Shown in pieces: positions 8,803-18,397 of a DNA stretch of 64,000 nt. Position numbers and translations under genes: made by a program. The DNA comes from a virus (Duplodnaviria > Caudoviricetes): the IMG/VR virus record IMGVR_UViG_3300032007_000028; one strand, written 5' to 3'. Under the pieces are notes generated by a model. That model worked only from the letters and a program-made list of their open reading frames with translations, was not told the DNA's origin and made no database searches. Within the stretch, counting starts at the first letter, position 1; each line of letters begins with the position of its first letter.

Positions 8803-9933
8803 TTACGAAATGACCCTGTTGGATACGACGTTCTTGATTGCGCCATTCGCGACTACCACGACTTGGTCGTCGCCGAAGTTGATGGTCACGAATTGCTCGT
8901 CGCTGTTGTCGAGGATGTTCTTGATGCCAACGACGTTGAGGTTGATTGTGAAGCGAACGTCACCTTCGAGTTCTTTATCGTAATACTGCAACGTCTCGAC
9001 GTTTTCTTTTCGAGCATCATAGATATTGAGTCTGTCGTTGAGGAATTCGAACACGCAGACGCCTTTCGCGATGATGTTCGACGTGGAGAACAGCAACAGA
9101 CGGTCGATTGCGTCGGAGAGTTCTTTCGCACGAATCGGTGCGCTGTACGGGAACGTTTTCGTAGCTTTGCCACGCACTGCGGCCTTAGGCACGGAATTGA
9201 CGATTGCTTCGTCGCTCGTGACGATTGAGTAGATTACGACGCCTTCGTCTTCGAAGCGAACGCGAGTCTGAACCATGCCATTGACCTCAACGTGTCCCAA
9301 CGAGAACTTGATGTCTTCCCCCTTAAGCAATTTGAACAGTTTGACGACTTTCTGATTGAGCAAGACGGTAACTGGAACGGGAAGACTGAACGAGTTGACG
9401 CAAGCGGAAGAGTTTGTCCAAGTGATGCAACCTTCTTGGTCTAAGAAGTACAGCTTTTGAACTGGACGGGAAATGGTGCCGTTGTTGAACTCAGGCCCGT
9501 TGAAGTTGAGCATACTGACAAGTTTGTCACGCTGAATGGTCATATCGACCGTACTTTCATCAAAGTCGAGTTTGGGCAAGACGACCATTTCCGATTCGAG
9601 ATACTTCATCGGGAACTTGTACACACCGTTGGCTTGCACTTCGAGAGACGTTCCGTTGATACGCAATTCCATTTCGGCTGTGGTGATTTTGCTGACCAGC
9701 GTCAAGAACACCTTGGCGTCGACGACAGCGCGGAAACTTTCGTCTTCGGGTGCGTCGAGAACGACGCTCACATAATACTCTCCGTTCGTGACGTTGAGAT
9801 GAATCTTGCCTTCGTGGGCATCGACTTCGAGGGTATCGTAGCCGTAAATCACGTTCTTGATTGCGGAGTCGGTATCGACAGCACCAAGAATCTTCTTACA
9901 AGCTTCCTGAAATTCTTCTGTTTTGATAATCAT
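8803..9933 (-). CDS. dnaN: DNA sliding clamp (beta-clamp-like)
   Basis: 376 aa, three-domain beta-clamp periodicity (AVVDAKVFLTLVSKI, ELSDAIDRL), replication cluster. Confidence 0.8.
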   Translation of the reverse strand: MIIKTEEFQEACKKILGAVDTDSAIKNVIYGYDTLEVDAHEGKIHLNVTNGEYYVSVVLDAPEDESFRAVVDAKVFLTLVSKITTAEMELRINGTSLEVQANGVYKFPMKYLESEMVVLPKLDFDESTVDMTIQRDKLVSMLNFNGPEFNNGTISRPVQKLYFLDQEGCITWTNSSACVNSFSLPVPVTVLLNQKVVKLFKLLKGEDIKFSLGHVEVNGMVQTRVRFEDEGVVIYSIVTSDEAIVNSVPKAAVRGKATKTFPYSAPIRAKELSDAIDRLLLFSTSNIIAKGVCVFEFLNDRLNIYDARKENVETLQYYDKELEGDVRFTINLNVVGIKNILDNSDEQFVTINFGDDQVVVVANGAIKNVVSNRVIS

Positions 9934-9959
9934 AACATTTCTCCTGTGATTTAATGATT

Positions 9960-10178
9960 TTATTTTTGTTCTTCGAATTCCAACGGCGTCGTCAAATCGA
10001 CCAAATCGTTTGTTTCCTTGACGATTTTACCCAAATAGAAATTCGTACCGTCTGTATGCTCGACGTATAGTTTACCGTCATTCACGTAATAGCACTCCAC
10101 GTGTGGCAACAACAACGTCGTATCGATTACCTTACCATTGAGGACCTCGATGTATCTCTTAAGCGAATATCTCAACAT
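9960..10178 (-). CDS. hypothetical protein
   Basis: 72-aa ORF in operon. Confidence 0.6.
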   Translation of the reverse strand: MLRYSLKRYIEVLNGKVIDTTLLLPHVECYYVNDGKLYVEHTDGTNFYLGKIVKETNDLVDLTTPLEFEEQK

Positions 10179-10180
10179 GT

Positions 10181-10615
10181 TTACTTACCCCCATCTTCGT
10201 GAATCTCGCCACGAATCCTTTCTTTAAGATACGAACTGCTGTATTTGTGATTTCTCGATAGATACACGATTTCCTTTCCCATGTTGAGGAGAAGTTGTTT
10301 GTTCTCGAAATCCTGACCTTTGTGGTCCTCTCCGAGAAAGTAAACATCGAAATACGTGCTCTGCAACATATCGCCAGCGTCAGCGCAATCCTCGTACGGG
10401 ATTACTTCGTCGACGCCCTTGATGTTCTTTAATTGAATGAATCTCTCGTAAATCGTCTGTATTGGGTTTTTGTAATTCGGGCAACAATGGAGCGCAACGA
10501 TTAGATAATCGCATTTCGATTTCGCTTCCTGTATCGCCAGTATGTGACCAGCGTGTATGACATCGGCCACCATCGGGTATATGCCTATCTTCTTTTTTCG
10601 TGTTTTGTCTGTCAT
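10181..10615 (-). CDS. cytidylyltransferase (TagD/glycerol-3-phosphate CTase-like)
   Basis: DVIHAGH (HxGH), ER...L..IKGVDEVIPYE, LGEDHKG, R.H.YSSS. Confidence 0.88.
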   Translation of the reverse strand: MTDKTRKKKIGIYPMVADVIHAGHILAIQEAKSKCDYLIVALHCCPNYKNPIQTIYERFIQLKNIKGVDEVIPYEDCADAGDMLQSTYFDVYFLGEDHKGQDFENKQLLLNMGKEIVYLSRNHKYSSSYLKERIRGEIHEDGGK

Positions 10616-10659
10616 CGCATCATTCACCTCGTCGCGTATGTCTTATACATATTATATAA

Positions 10660-11511
10660 TCAACGTCTGAATCTGTCGCTGATTATTTTCGGTACGGCGG
10701 TTTCCCAATCGATGAGGTGGTGTATTCTCTTATGCGTCGACCCCATTTCTGAAATTTTGACGCAACTTGGACATAGCATTACGCTATAGAACGATTTGAC
10801 GTATGTGCCATATTGCAGATAAGCGGCCGTTATACCGCCCTCGTTCGCCTGTGTCTGAGGCTGGTCGAGACACATATCCCTCGTCGTGAAGAACAAATAC
10901 CCTCTCTTACCATAATCGATGTATGCGTTCACGTCGTCGTTGAATCTACCGAGGAATTGAAAGGGTCTGTCGACTCTGCAGAAAAACGAATTCATCGCCT
11001 TTCTCGTTATCTGTTGTCTCCAAACTGTACTTCCCAAACCACCGAGAAAATCGCCAGTCTGGGCGAATGCGACGCACATCGCGCCACTGGAATCGAGAAA
11101 TTCAAGATAAGGCCCAATCAATTCATCGAATTGCGTGACATATCTCGTCTTCATGGAGCTGTTTTCCTCGAATCTTTGTCTAAAACACATATAGTCGTCT
11201 TCCAATTCAAGAAAATACTGAAGACCAAGTTTACTAGCTATACGATGAAATACGTTTCTCGCAAAAGTTGGCACACCACGACCGTCGAAATTGTCCATGA
11301 TATCGAACGTCTTCCCAGCTTCGACTTTATCGAATACGATAATATGCTCTGCACCGAAATTCTCGACGTATTTAGGGGCCTGTTCGTCTTCGTTGTCTAT
11401 CACTATATACCATTTACCCGAATAATTTACTTTCTTCAACGTGTCAACGGTACGTACATTGTCTGCGCGACCATGTGACAGAATCAATATAGCGAAATCG
11501 TCTCTTACCAT
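10660..11511 (-). CDS. GT-A fold glycosyltransferase (GREB1/TET-associated phage type)
   Basis: ILSHGRA, ARN, LELEDDY, GRFNDDV, Q..GG.T..Y...GTYVKSFY, RIHH.I.W..AVPKII. Confidence 0.8.
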   Translation of the reverse strand: MVRDDFAILILSHGRADNVRTVDTLKKVNYSGKWYIVIDNEDEQAPKYVENFGAEHIIVFDKVEAGKTFDIMDNFDGRGVPTFARNVFHRIASKLGLQYFLELEDDYMCFRQRFEENSSMKTRYVTQFDELIGPYLEFLDSSGAMCVAFAQTGDFLGGLGSTVWRQQITRKAMNSFFCRVDRPFQFLGRFNDDVNAYIDYGKRGYLFFTTRDMCLDQPQTQANEGGITAAYLQYGTYVKSFYSVMLCPSCVKISEMGSTHKRIHHLIDWETAVPKIISDRFRR

Positions 11512-11513
11512 GA

Positions 11514-12374
11514 TTATCTCCTGAATTTATCGCTTACTATCTTTTGAAATTGGTTGTCCAGTTTCATTGATGGCCACCAATTACCGACGCGTTTGCCGAC
11601 TTGCTTTGTGGAACACGACGATGGGAACAGCATCGTCGAATAGAAACTTCTCGTGAATTGTTTCGTCATCGCATACGCCTCTCCCATACCATTCGATTTC
11701 GTAGTGCTTGATTGCGAGCCCTGTGGTTCTGCGTGAATCTGTATATAGGGTATCGTGAACACCAATCTACCAATTTGACCATTCGACAGACAGGTGTTGA
11801 AGTCGTCATAGAATATCGTTTTCCACCTCAGTCTTCTTTCGCTGTTGAGAAGAAATATATTCGAACCGACCCTCTTATCTATCACCTTGTCGAACGATTG
11901 GACACCTCCGATGAACATTCCCGGATGGGCAAACGATAGCCCGTATATGTCGTTTTCGTTCATGAATTCGAATAAATACGACAGTACATCATTGAATCGT
12001 CTCATGCTCATGGACCTCAATGAGCCATTATCTGGCATCCTAACCCTGAGGTCGATTATGTCGTCGTCGAGTACGATATAATCTCCAATTGCGAATCTAC
12101 TTGCGTATTCGTCGACCACGACTCTCGCGTAAAACGGGGACGCCTTGATTAAGCCATCTTTTGACATGGCCGTATCCTCGACGAACAACCACTGATTTTT
12201 ATCGAATACCAATAAATTTTCAGCACCGTACTTCGCAACGTAGTCGTCAAGGCATACGTCGTCGACGTCTATCACGATTTTGTACTCACCGTCGTAGCCA
12301 AGTCGTTTCAGCATATCCAACGTCGGGCACTCGTTTGGTCTATTATGAGACAGTATAAACGAAATCATCGTCAA
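11514..12374 (-). CDS. second GT-A glycosyltransferase paralogue
   Basis: ILSHNRP, VLDDDI, YDDF, GMGEAY..TRSFY; aligns by eye with 10660-11511. Confidence 0.75.
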   Translation of the reverse strand: MTMISFILSHNRPNECPTLDMLKRLGYDGEYKIVIDVDDVCLDDYVAKYGAENLLVFDKNQWLFVEDTAMSKDGLIKASPFYARVVVDEYASRFAIGDYIVLDDDIIDLRVRMPDNGSLRSMSMRRFNDVLSYLFEFMNENDIYGLSFAHPGMFIGGVQSFDKVIDKRVGSNIFLLNSERRLRWKTIFYDDFNTCLSNGQIGRLVFTIPYIQIHAEPQGSQSSTTKSNGMGEAYAMTKQFTRSFYSTMLFPSSCSTKQVGKRVGNWWPSMKLDNQFQKIVSDKFRR

Positions 12375-12778
12375 TCGTTAGCGGCCTCGACGCCGGTGTC
12401 TTCCATTATCTTCTTTATGTTCTTGCTTAATTTGACATACCCATTTGCGATTGCGTCGTCGATGTCGATGATGACGAGTGCGCTTTTCTCCATGAGTCTC
12501 TGCATCTCACTGCTTGCATGTGCGTAATAGTCTGCGATGAGTGAATAGGTGAACACCAAGTGCCTCGTTGCGGCCAATCTGAGAAATGCCTTCTCATCGT
12601 CGGAAACTGAAGACGCGTTGATATCGGCCAACAACTCCTGATATTTACCGACATTGACAAGAGAGTCCAATCTAGGACACTCGGCCTTTGGCAAATACTG
12701 AGGTACTCCGACCTTCGTCGTGTATTTCTTATCTTCTTCAGTCTCTTCGATTCCAAATAAATTTATTTCAGTTCTCAT
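12371..12778 (-). CDS. helical accessory protein of phage glycosyltransferase DNA-modification clusters
   Basis: KYT.K...PQY.P, FL..AA.RH..F.Y..IADYYAHA..EMQ.LME.SALVIID.DDAI..GYV.L pattern. Confidence 0.65.
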   Translation of the reverse strand: MRTEINLFGIEETEEDKKYTTKVGVPQYLPKAECPRLDSLVNVGKYQELLADINASSVSDDEKAFLRLAATRHLVFTYSLIADYYAHASSEMQRLMEKSALVIIDIDDAIANGYVKLSKNIKKIMEDTGVEAAND

Positions 12779-12824
12779 GGTGTTCCTTTCACTCCAATAT
12801 TTATGATATGATTCTATTATACAC

Positions 12825-13922
12825 TCAGTTATTAAGACATTGCAATATGAACTCCCTCGTCGACTCGATGTGCTCTTCGCAAATCTTATCGATGGCCTGT
12901 TCTTCAGTCATGCCTTTGCCCATGAACGCTTTCTTGTCCGTCTGCAATTCGTTACAGTATACATTGTAGTACCAACGTTCGGATACATCGGCGTCGCATT
13001 TGAACGGAACGACGCAGTGTTCAGCAATACAAGTGGACATTACGTAAGACAATCTCTTTGCGACCTCGTCTGCGTTCTCTTTTGGGCATTCGCCAATCAA
13101 TTCGTCGTGAACACCTATCAACATTCTGAATCCAAGACGATTCAGTTCTTCGTCGTTGTGAATCTTAATCATGGCGACTTTCGTCATCGTGGCCGCACCG
13201 CCTTGAATGCGAGCGTTTACGCACTGACGTTCGGAACGAGATATGAGATTGCTGTTCGAATGAATGGAGATGCCATCTTCCTTCGCGTCGTTTATCACAT
13301 TGACGACAGACCTTCTGTCCTTCGCTTTATGCAACTTTTCAAGAAGCGCACTCTCGACTTTCGGGTCTATCGAACGATAAGAGCATCCGATGATTGGATT
13401 AAACGTCGATGCGTTGTCGTTCATATACTTTATAGAGTATTCGGGAAGAAGCAAATCAGGCAATCTACGACGACGACCATACCAGTCTTCGACGTAGCCA
13501 GTTTTACGAGCACTGGACATCGTATCGTCCGTCCACTTTCTCACCTTGGGAAATCCGTTATAGAATCCGTCGATGATGCTTTGTGCTTCCTTCTGGTCGC
13601 ATTCCAGTCTCTGAGCGATGCCTTGAACCGACATCCCATAGATAATTCCAAGTAGAAGACCCTTTACGGAAGACCTTCTCTTTGCGCCAGCTTCGCTTCG
13701 TTTCCCTGTCTTGGGATTGAACTCAAGATTATCCTCGTAATTATTGTGATATACACGAGACGCAATCGTTGCATAAAGGTCTTTTCCCTGTTTGTATGCA
13801 TCAATCATCGCCTCGTCTTTCGCGTAATTGGCTAATAGTCTAGGTTCCTGTTGCGGCTTCTCTTACGAGAAGTCGCTACCGACAAGAACGTAAGGCGTTC
13901 TTACAGTAATCGACTTCTTCAT
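12825..13922 (-). CDS. polA: family A DNA polymerase, C-terminal piece (motifs A, B, C), with in-frame TAA and 12-nt gap at 13854-13865
   Basis: AAGGAGG SD then MKKSITVRTPYVLVGSDFS* EKP QQEPRLLA..MIDAYKQGKDLY; motif B RSSVKGLLLGIIYG; NARIQG; motif C VHDELI. Confidence 0.88.
13853..13876 (-). promoter_or_regulatory. RNA hairpin with GUAA tetraloop containing the in-frame stop of polA motif A
   Basis: GCG-A-CTTCTC [GTAA] GAGAAG-C-CGC on - strand: 9 bp with one A.C mismatch. Confidence 0.8.
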
Positions 13923-14000
13923 AAATCTGCCCTCCTTTCTTTGCGATGCGAACATGTGCATCGTCTTGTAGAAGTATACATTATTATACTACTTGTTGCA

Positions 14001-15671
14001 CTACATTGCATCTTGCGCACACTTAAGAATATATTTTTTGGAACCTGCTCCATAAATGCACGCAAACGAATTTTCCTTCAACTCTGCGTATTTGCTAGGC
14101 TGTCTGTTTACCACGCTTCTGTCCTTCAGCACCCACCATTTATTGGGGCCGGTGTATCCTATGAACTTCATGCCAGACGCCTCGTACCCTTTTCCATCGA
14201 ATTTGTTGAAATCGCAATAGCTGAATATCTCTTCGGGTCTGTTATTCTTTATAAAATGATGCAGTAGTTTCGAAACGCCGCCAACGACAATGTTGTTGGA
14301 ACCGGGACAACCTCTTATTATTTCCCAGCAAGAGTCGTTCTTCAGATTGCGATTGTATTTCGTTTTGCTGAACGACATCAACTGAACCAGATTCCCCTCG
14401 TGAAACAGACCATACGTTATCTGAGCGTTTCTGTGCCCTTGAAGATGGTTCGATTCGTTGAATATCTTCGCTTCCGCATTCGAAATCTCGCGTATTTCGC
14501 ACTGTCTGGCGTAGATTTTATTCTCATATTTGCCAACTGCGATGGAGAGCATCGATTTTATGACCTTGCACTTCGTCTCGTCTTCCCATTCGTGTTGATA
14601 TATCTGAATCAGACGAATTCCGTTCTTCTCGGCCATCTTAGCCTTGTTCAGATGATAGTTTTTATTCGCGATGCATAGACTCGAATGCCAATACGTTCCG
14701 TTTACCTCGATGCCTATCTTCTTTTCTGGCAAATACGCGTCCATTTCGTAGTAGTTGCCATCGTCGTCTCGAAGAATGCTCTTGCAGTTCGTTATTATCT
14801 GCCCATCGTAGATGCTTTTCAGAAATCCGATTACGTTCTGTTCCAGTATGGACGTTCCCTTCGAGTGATTCGTTCTCGCATACTCGTCGAACAACGGAAT
14901 ATATTTCTTACTGACATATGTATAAGTGTCCGATTTTCTAATCACGTCATCTATAATGGGTGTTTCGTTTCGATAATAACAATACGCGGTAAGTTGTTTC
15001 CTCGTCAGATTCTTTACGGCTATATAACCAATCGAATCGTAATAATCATCTCGTGCTTTTATTCGTTCCGCAAAGGACAGCTTCTTCGCTTTTCCCGGCA
15101 CAAAACCTTCCGGCACCTTATCATCCATCTTCAGTCTTATGTCGTTGACACCGTCAGTATACCAGAACAGTTTTCTCTTCATCGCGCATATCTTATACAC
15201 ATCTTTGTACAAGGTGCCTTTTACGAACCCGTCTGGTATCTCTTCATTCGGCCCAAAGTACTTATTGACTTTACCATTGTTGTACAGCGTCAATCCTGCC
15301 GTCGTCGATATGCCCATTCCAATTGAGTACCCGTTCTCGATTGCGTCGCCGGGCTTTATGAGTGTCTTCTTTTTCCCGTTGTTTACCCATACGTACCCTG
15401 ATGTACCGCTTCCGTAGTTGGTTCTGCCAGGATGATAATCTGCTGGTGCGCAACAGTCTTCAGACAACTGCAAATCGTCTTTTCCGTTTGTATACCAATG
15501 CTTCTCTAATTTAGGCGACCGCACGTCGAACAGCTTCAATGCGATAGCTCGCTCCTTCTTTGTGACACCATATTTCGAACATATATATTCGATACTGTGA
15601 ATCGCCAAGTCTTTCTTGAAGTCTTCTCCGTTTTCCGACTGCACGATGCCAAGAATTTTCTTCTTACCCAT
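14001..15671 (-). mobile_element. free-standing homing endonuclease (Hef-like, PD-(D/E)XK/Vsr-type) with N-terminal W.TNG repeats
   Basis: Repeats WYTNG/WVNNG/LYNNG/WYTDG..P.GF..G; EMDAYLPEKKIGIEVNGTYWHS; IYARQC..NHLQG..GGVSKLL..SYCD. Confidence 0.8.
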
Positions 15672-15819
15672 TTATGCCATAATATGTCTCTAATATAAGA
15701 CGAACGACGTCGGACATCGTAACGTCTTTTTTGAATGCGTCTTCGCGAATGCGTTCTCTCAATTCCGACGATATTCTCATATTGAACTGCACTTCGTTTT
15801 TGTTCTGCTGTTTGGACAT
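15664..15819 (-). CDS. ribbon-helix-helix DNA-binding protein (51 aa, absent from ORF track)
   Basis: MSKQQNKNEVQFNMRISSELRERIREDAFKKDVTMSDVVRLILETYYGING; AAGGAG SD; overlaps the endonuclease start. Confidence 0.8.
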   Translation of the reverse strand: MSKQQNKNEVQFNMRISSELRERIREDAFKKDVTMSDVVRLILETYYGING

Positions 15820-15847
15820 ATTTCTCCTTTCATATTACTTTAGCACA

Positions 15848-17449
15848 TTATTTTTGTAATACCGTATTACACTTAGTATACAATAGTACGTAGTCGTCGA
15901 ACTCTTTCGTGTCGATAATCGTAAGAATATCGCCGTCATCCGTTTTAATCGTATCTCCTACTTTTACGAGTTTTGACGAAACCCATTCGTCATTTACGCA
16001 AATTTCGTCGATTTTTGATACCTTGAAGCAATCATCATCTTCTTCTACTTGATGATAATTAGTCGAAGCTTTGAACATCATTCGTATTTCGTGATTCTTT
16101 GAAGGAATTTGTTGTAGATTCGGATTCGAACACGAGAAACGACCCGTAGCGGCCCCAACTTGATTGAACGAGCAGTGAACTCTCCCGTCCTTCTTGTTGA
16201 CGTAGTCTGGAATCTTGTCGATGAAGTTGTTTACGAGAGTCTTGAACGTCTTTCTTTCGAGAAGAATGCGTAAAATCGGAACGTCTCGCTCCTCTAGAAT
16301 CTGAGGAATCGTATTCTTATCAGTGCTTCTTGGTTTCTTTCTGTTGATTGGCGGAATCTTGAGGATGTCATAAATAAGAATCGCAAGTTGTGTCGGGGAT
16401 TCCAGATTGATTGGGTCTTCCAACTGCTCGGACTTCGTTTTGTTACCTATCAACGTCTGTGCGTCTTTCGTTTTTCGCCAATTTTCGATTAACGGCCTTA
16501 ATTTTGACATTTCGTCCATTATCGGCTTATCGTAATCGTCTAGAATCTTATGATACTTCACGCCAAGTCTGCTCGCGTAGTCTAAGTCCACTTCGATTCC
16601 GCAGTCTTCCATTTCCATGACGACTCTGAGACACGGAAACTCGACGTTCATCAGCAAATTGTAGATTCGTTCATTTTCCTTCTTCTCGAATTCGTGAAGT
16701 TGATACGAATAGAGCTGATAGGTCATCAACGCGTCGGTAGCAGAGTACAACGCGAACAGTTCTGGGTCGAAAATCGCATAACTTTCCTTCTCAAACAGAT
16801 GTTCAATGTCGTATTTGCCGTGGTCTTTGTCGATGTGAAGAATGTATTGTTCCTTAAGACTCGCAGGCTCGTTTTCGTTGAGAATCTGAGACGCAATCAT
16901 CGTATCCCAATGATACGGCACGTCGATTCCGCAAGTATGTCTGATGACGCGAATGTCGAATGATGCGTTGTGATAGATGACTTTGACTTTTGCTTCTACG
17001 ACACGGGAAAATTCCTCTTTGAGGTCGTTTTCCGTAAGTTGATTTGGCAAACGCTCGTTCGTCACACGATTGACGTGATGAATGGGAACGTACGCCTGCT
17101 TTTCATTGGGTGTATAAAGACATGCACCCATAATCAAACAGGTCAAAGGGTCCAACGAGTTGTTGGTTTCCGTGTCGAGCGCAAGAACGCCGTTTTCGAT
17201 GCACTTAGAAATGTATCTGTGCAGTTCGTCTCTGTCACGAATGACCTCTGTGTCGTCTTTGTGTTTACCTAAAATGGCCATGACGTTTGATTCAATCACG
17301 GCCATTTTATCTTCCAATGACAACTTCGATGAAATCTTCTTCGTGCTAGAGACTTTTTTGGGGGAATTGATTTTGTCGAGAAGTTTCTCTGTGTCGTTGA
17401 CTGGCAACGAGAACTCCTCGCCCCACAATAAACTCTCTTTAGCTGTCAT
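15848..17449 (-). CDS. polA: family A DNA polymerase, N-terminal piece (3'-5' exonuclease, thumb, palm start) with Hint-like tail
   Basis: ALDTET, HNASFD, YSATDA exonuclease motifs; ATGRFSCSNPNLQQIP; ends after RMMFKAS with an extra ~70 aa. Confidence 0.9.
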   Translation of the reverse strand: MTAKESLLWGEEFSLPVNDTEKLLDKINSPKKVSSTKKISSKLSLEDKMAVIESNVMAILGKHKDDTEVIRDRDELHRYISKCIENGVLALDTETNNSLDPLTCLIMGACLYTPNEKQAYVPIHHVNRVTNERLPNQLTENDLKEEFSRVVEAKVKVIYHNASFDIRVIRHTCGIDVPYHWDTMIASQILNENEPASLKEQYILHIDKDHGKYDIEHLFEKESYAIFDPELFALYSATDALMTYQLYSYQLHEFEKKENERIYNLLMNVEFPCLRVVMEMEDCGIEVDLDYASRLGVKYHKILDDYDKPIMDEMSKLRPLIENWRKTKDAQTLIGNKTKSEQLEDPINLESPTQLAILIYDILKIPPINRKKPRSTDKNTIPQILEERDVPILRILLERKTFKTLVNNFIDKIPDYVNKKDGRVHCSFNQVGAATGRFSCSNPNLQQIPSKNHEIRMMFKASTNYHQVEEDDDCFKVSKIDEICVNDEWVSSKLVKVGDTIKTDDGDILTIIDTKEFDDYVLLYTKCNTVLQK

Positions 17450-17488
17450 ATCATATATTATATAACGGGTTACGGTATAAGTCTACGA

Positions 17489-18352
17489 TTATTTATAGTC
17501 GTAGGTACGACGGGGTCTTGCGACTGTCGGGTCGTTTGCACCACCAACTGCGGTGTCGAAGCGACGTTGGGGAATCTCTTCCTGAACGGGCTGGCGAGCC
17601 ATGGTCGCGTCGCCCATCACGCTCACGTCTACCTTCGGTTTCTGCTCGGTATATTCGTACTTCGCAGTTTGCTGAGGATAAGTCTGTGTTTGCGTGACTT
17701 TGATTTCCTCGTTGTTGGCTTGAGGCGCATGCTTTGTAAACGTACCCGTTTCTAGAATCTCGTTCATCTCATCGAAGGTACGTTCCATGTACGAATGATG
17801 ATTGAGTTCGAAGCCATCGAAACCAGAGAAGTCTTTCACAAAACCAGCTTCTTCGCTGTACATGGCGGGATTCTTGAACATGATGTCATAAGACACCTTC
17901 ATGTCGCCTTTCGCCCCACGACGAACGACTTTGAAGACGACGTCGCGTAAATCGCCATATTCGCGAAGATAGGATTCGAGCGTCTTTGCGAAGAACGCGG
18001 GACGTTCCCACACCTTGGGGGTGACTGTGACTTTGCCTTGTTCGTCGGTGGCGTATTCGAGCAAGCGAACGAACATTTTGGCAGAGCGTTTTTCACCAGC
18101 TTCGCAAAGAGGGCATTTGCTTAATGGTTCCTTTGCGGTGCGTAAACACGCGATGGTGCGGAACTTATCATCGACTTTGACGCGATGAACGTCGACGAAT
18201 TCGAATTCGTTGGTTGAAGAATAGGCGAATCGAACGATGGCGCTGGATTCGTTGTCAGGAAGAGAGAAGTACCCGACCTTGCGTTCATTGCGATTGCTGG
18301 ATGCACGATTCTCTTCCATGGTTTTGTAGGTTTCGTAAGTGTAGATTCCCAT
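17489..18352 (-). CDS. single-stranded DNA-binding protein (gp32-like)
   Basis: AIVRF, H..C...CPLC Zn site, KVWER, R.GAKGD...Y; start MGIYTY. Confidence 0.75.
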   Translation of the reverse strand: MGIYTYETYKTMEENRASSNRNERKVGYFSLPDNESSAIVRFAYSSTNEFEFVDVHRVKVDDKFRTIACLRTAKEPLSKCPLCEAGEKRSAKMFVRLLEYATDEQGKVTVTPKVWERPAFFAKTLESYLREYGDLRDVVFKVVRRGAKGDMKVSYDIMFKNPAMYSEEAGFVKDFSGFDGFELNHHSYMERTFDEMNEILETGTFTKHAPQANNEEIKVTQTQTYPQQTAKYEYTEQKPKVDVSVMGDATMARQPVQEEIPQRRFDTAVGGANDPTVARPRRTYDYK

Positions 18353-18397
18353 GATTATCCTCTTTTCTGCTTTGTTGCGCTTTATATTATACAAGGC

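Noticed and set aside
13863-13865. Genome-wide stop-codon reassignment explaining the TAA
   Set aside because: TAA, TGA and TAG all end ordinary genes here, and no suppressor tRNA is present in the window.
13923-15847. Group I intron carrying the endonuclease inside polA
   Set aside because: Non-coding flanks are under 80 nt, with no room for a ribozyme core. Piece 2 has its own promoter, SD and ATG, and piece 1 has a translated tail.
15848-16063. Functional split intein joining the polymerase halves
   Set aside because: Piece 2 lacks a C-terminal HN/HQ plus C/S/T junction, and the Cys is not at the extein boundary. Kept only as a Hint-like remnant.
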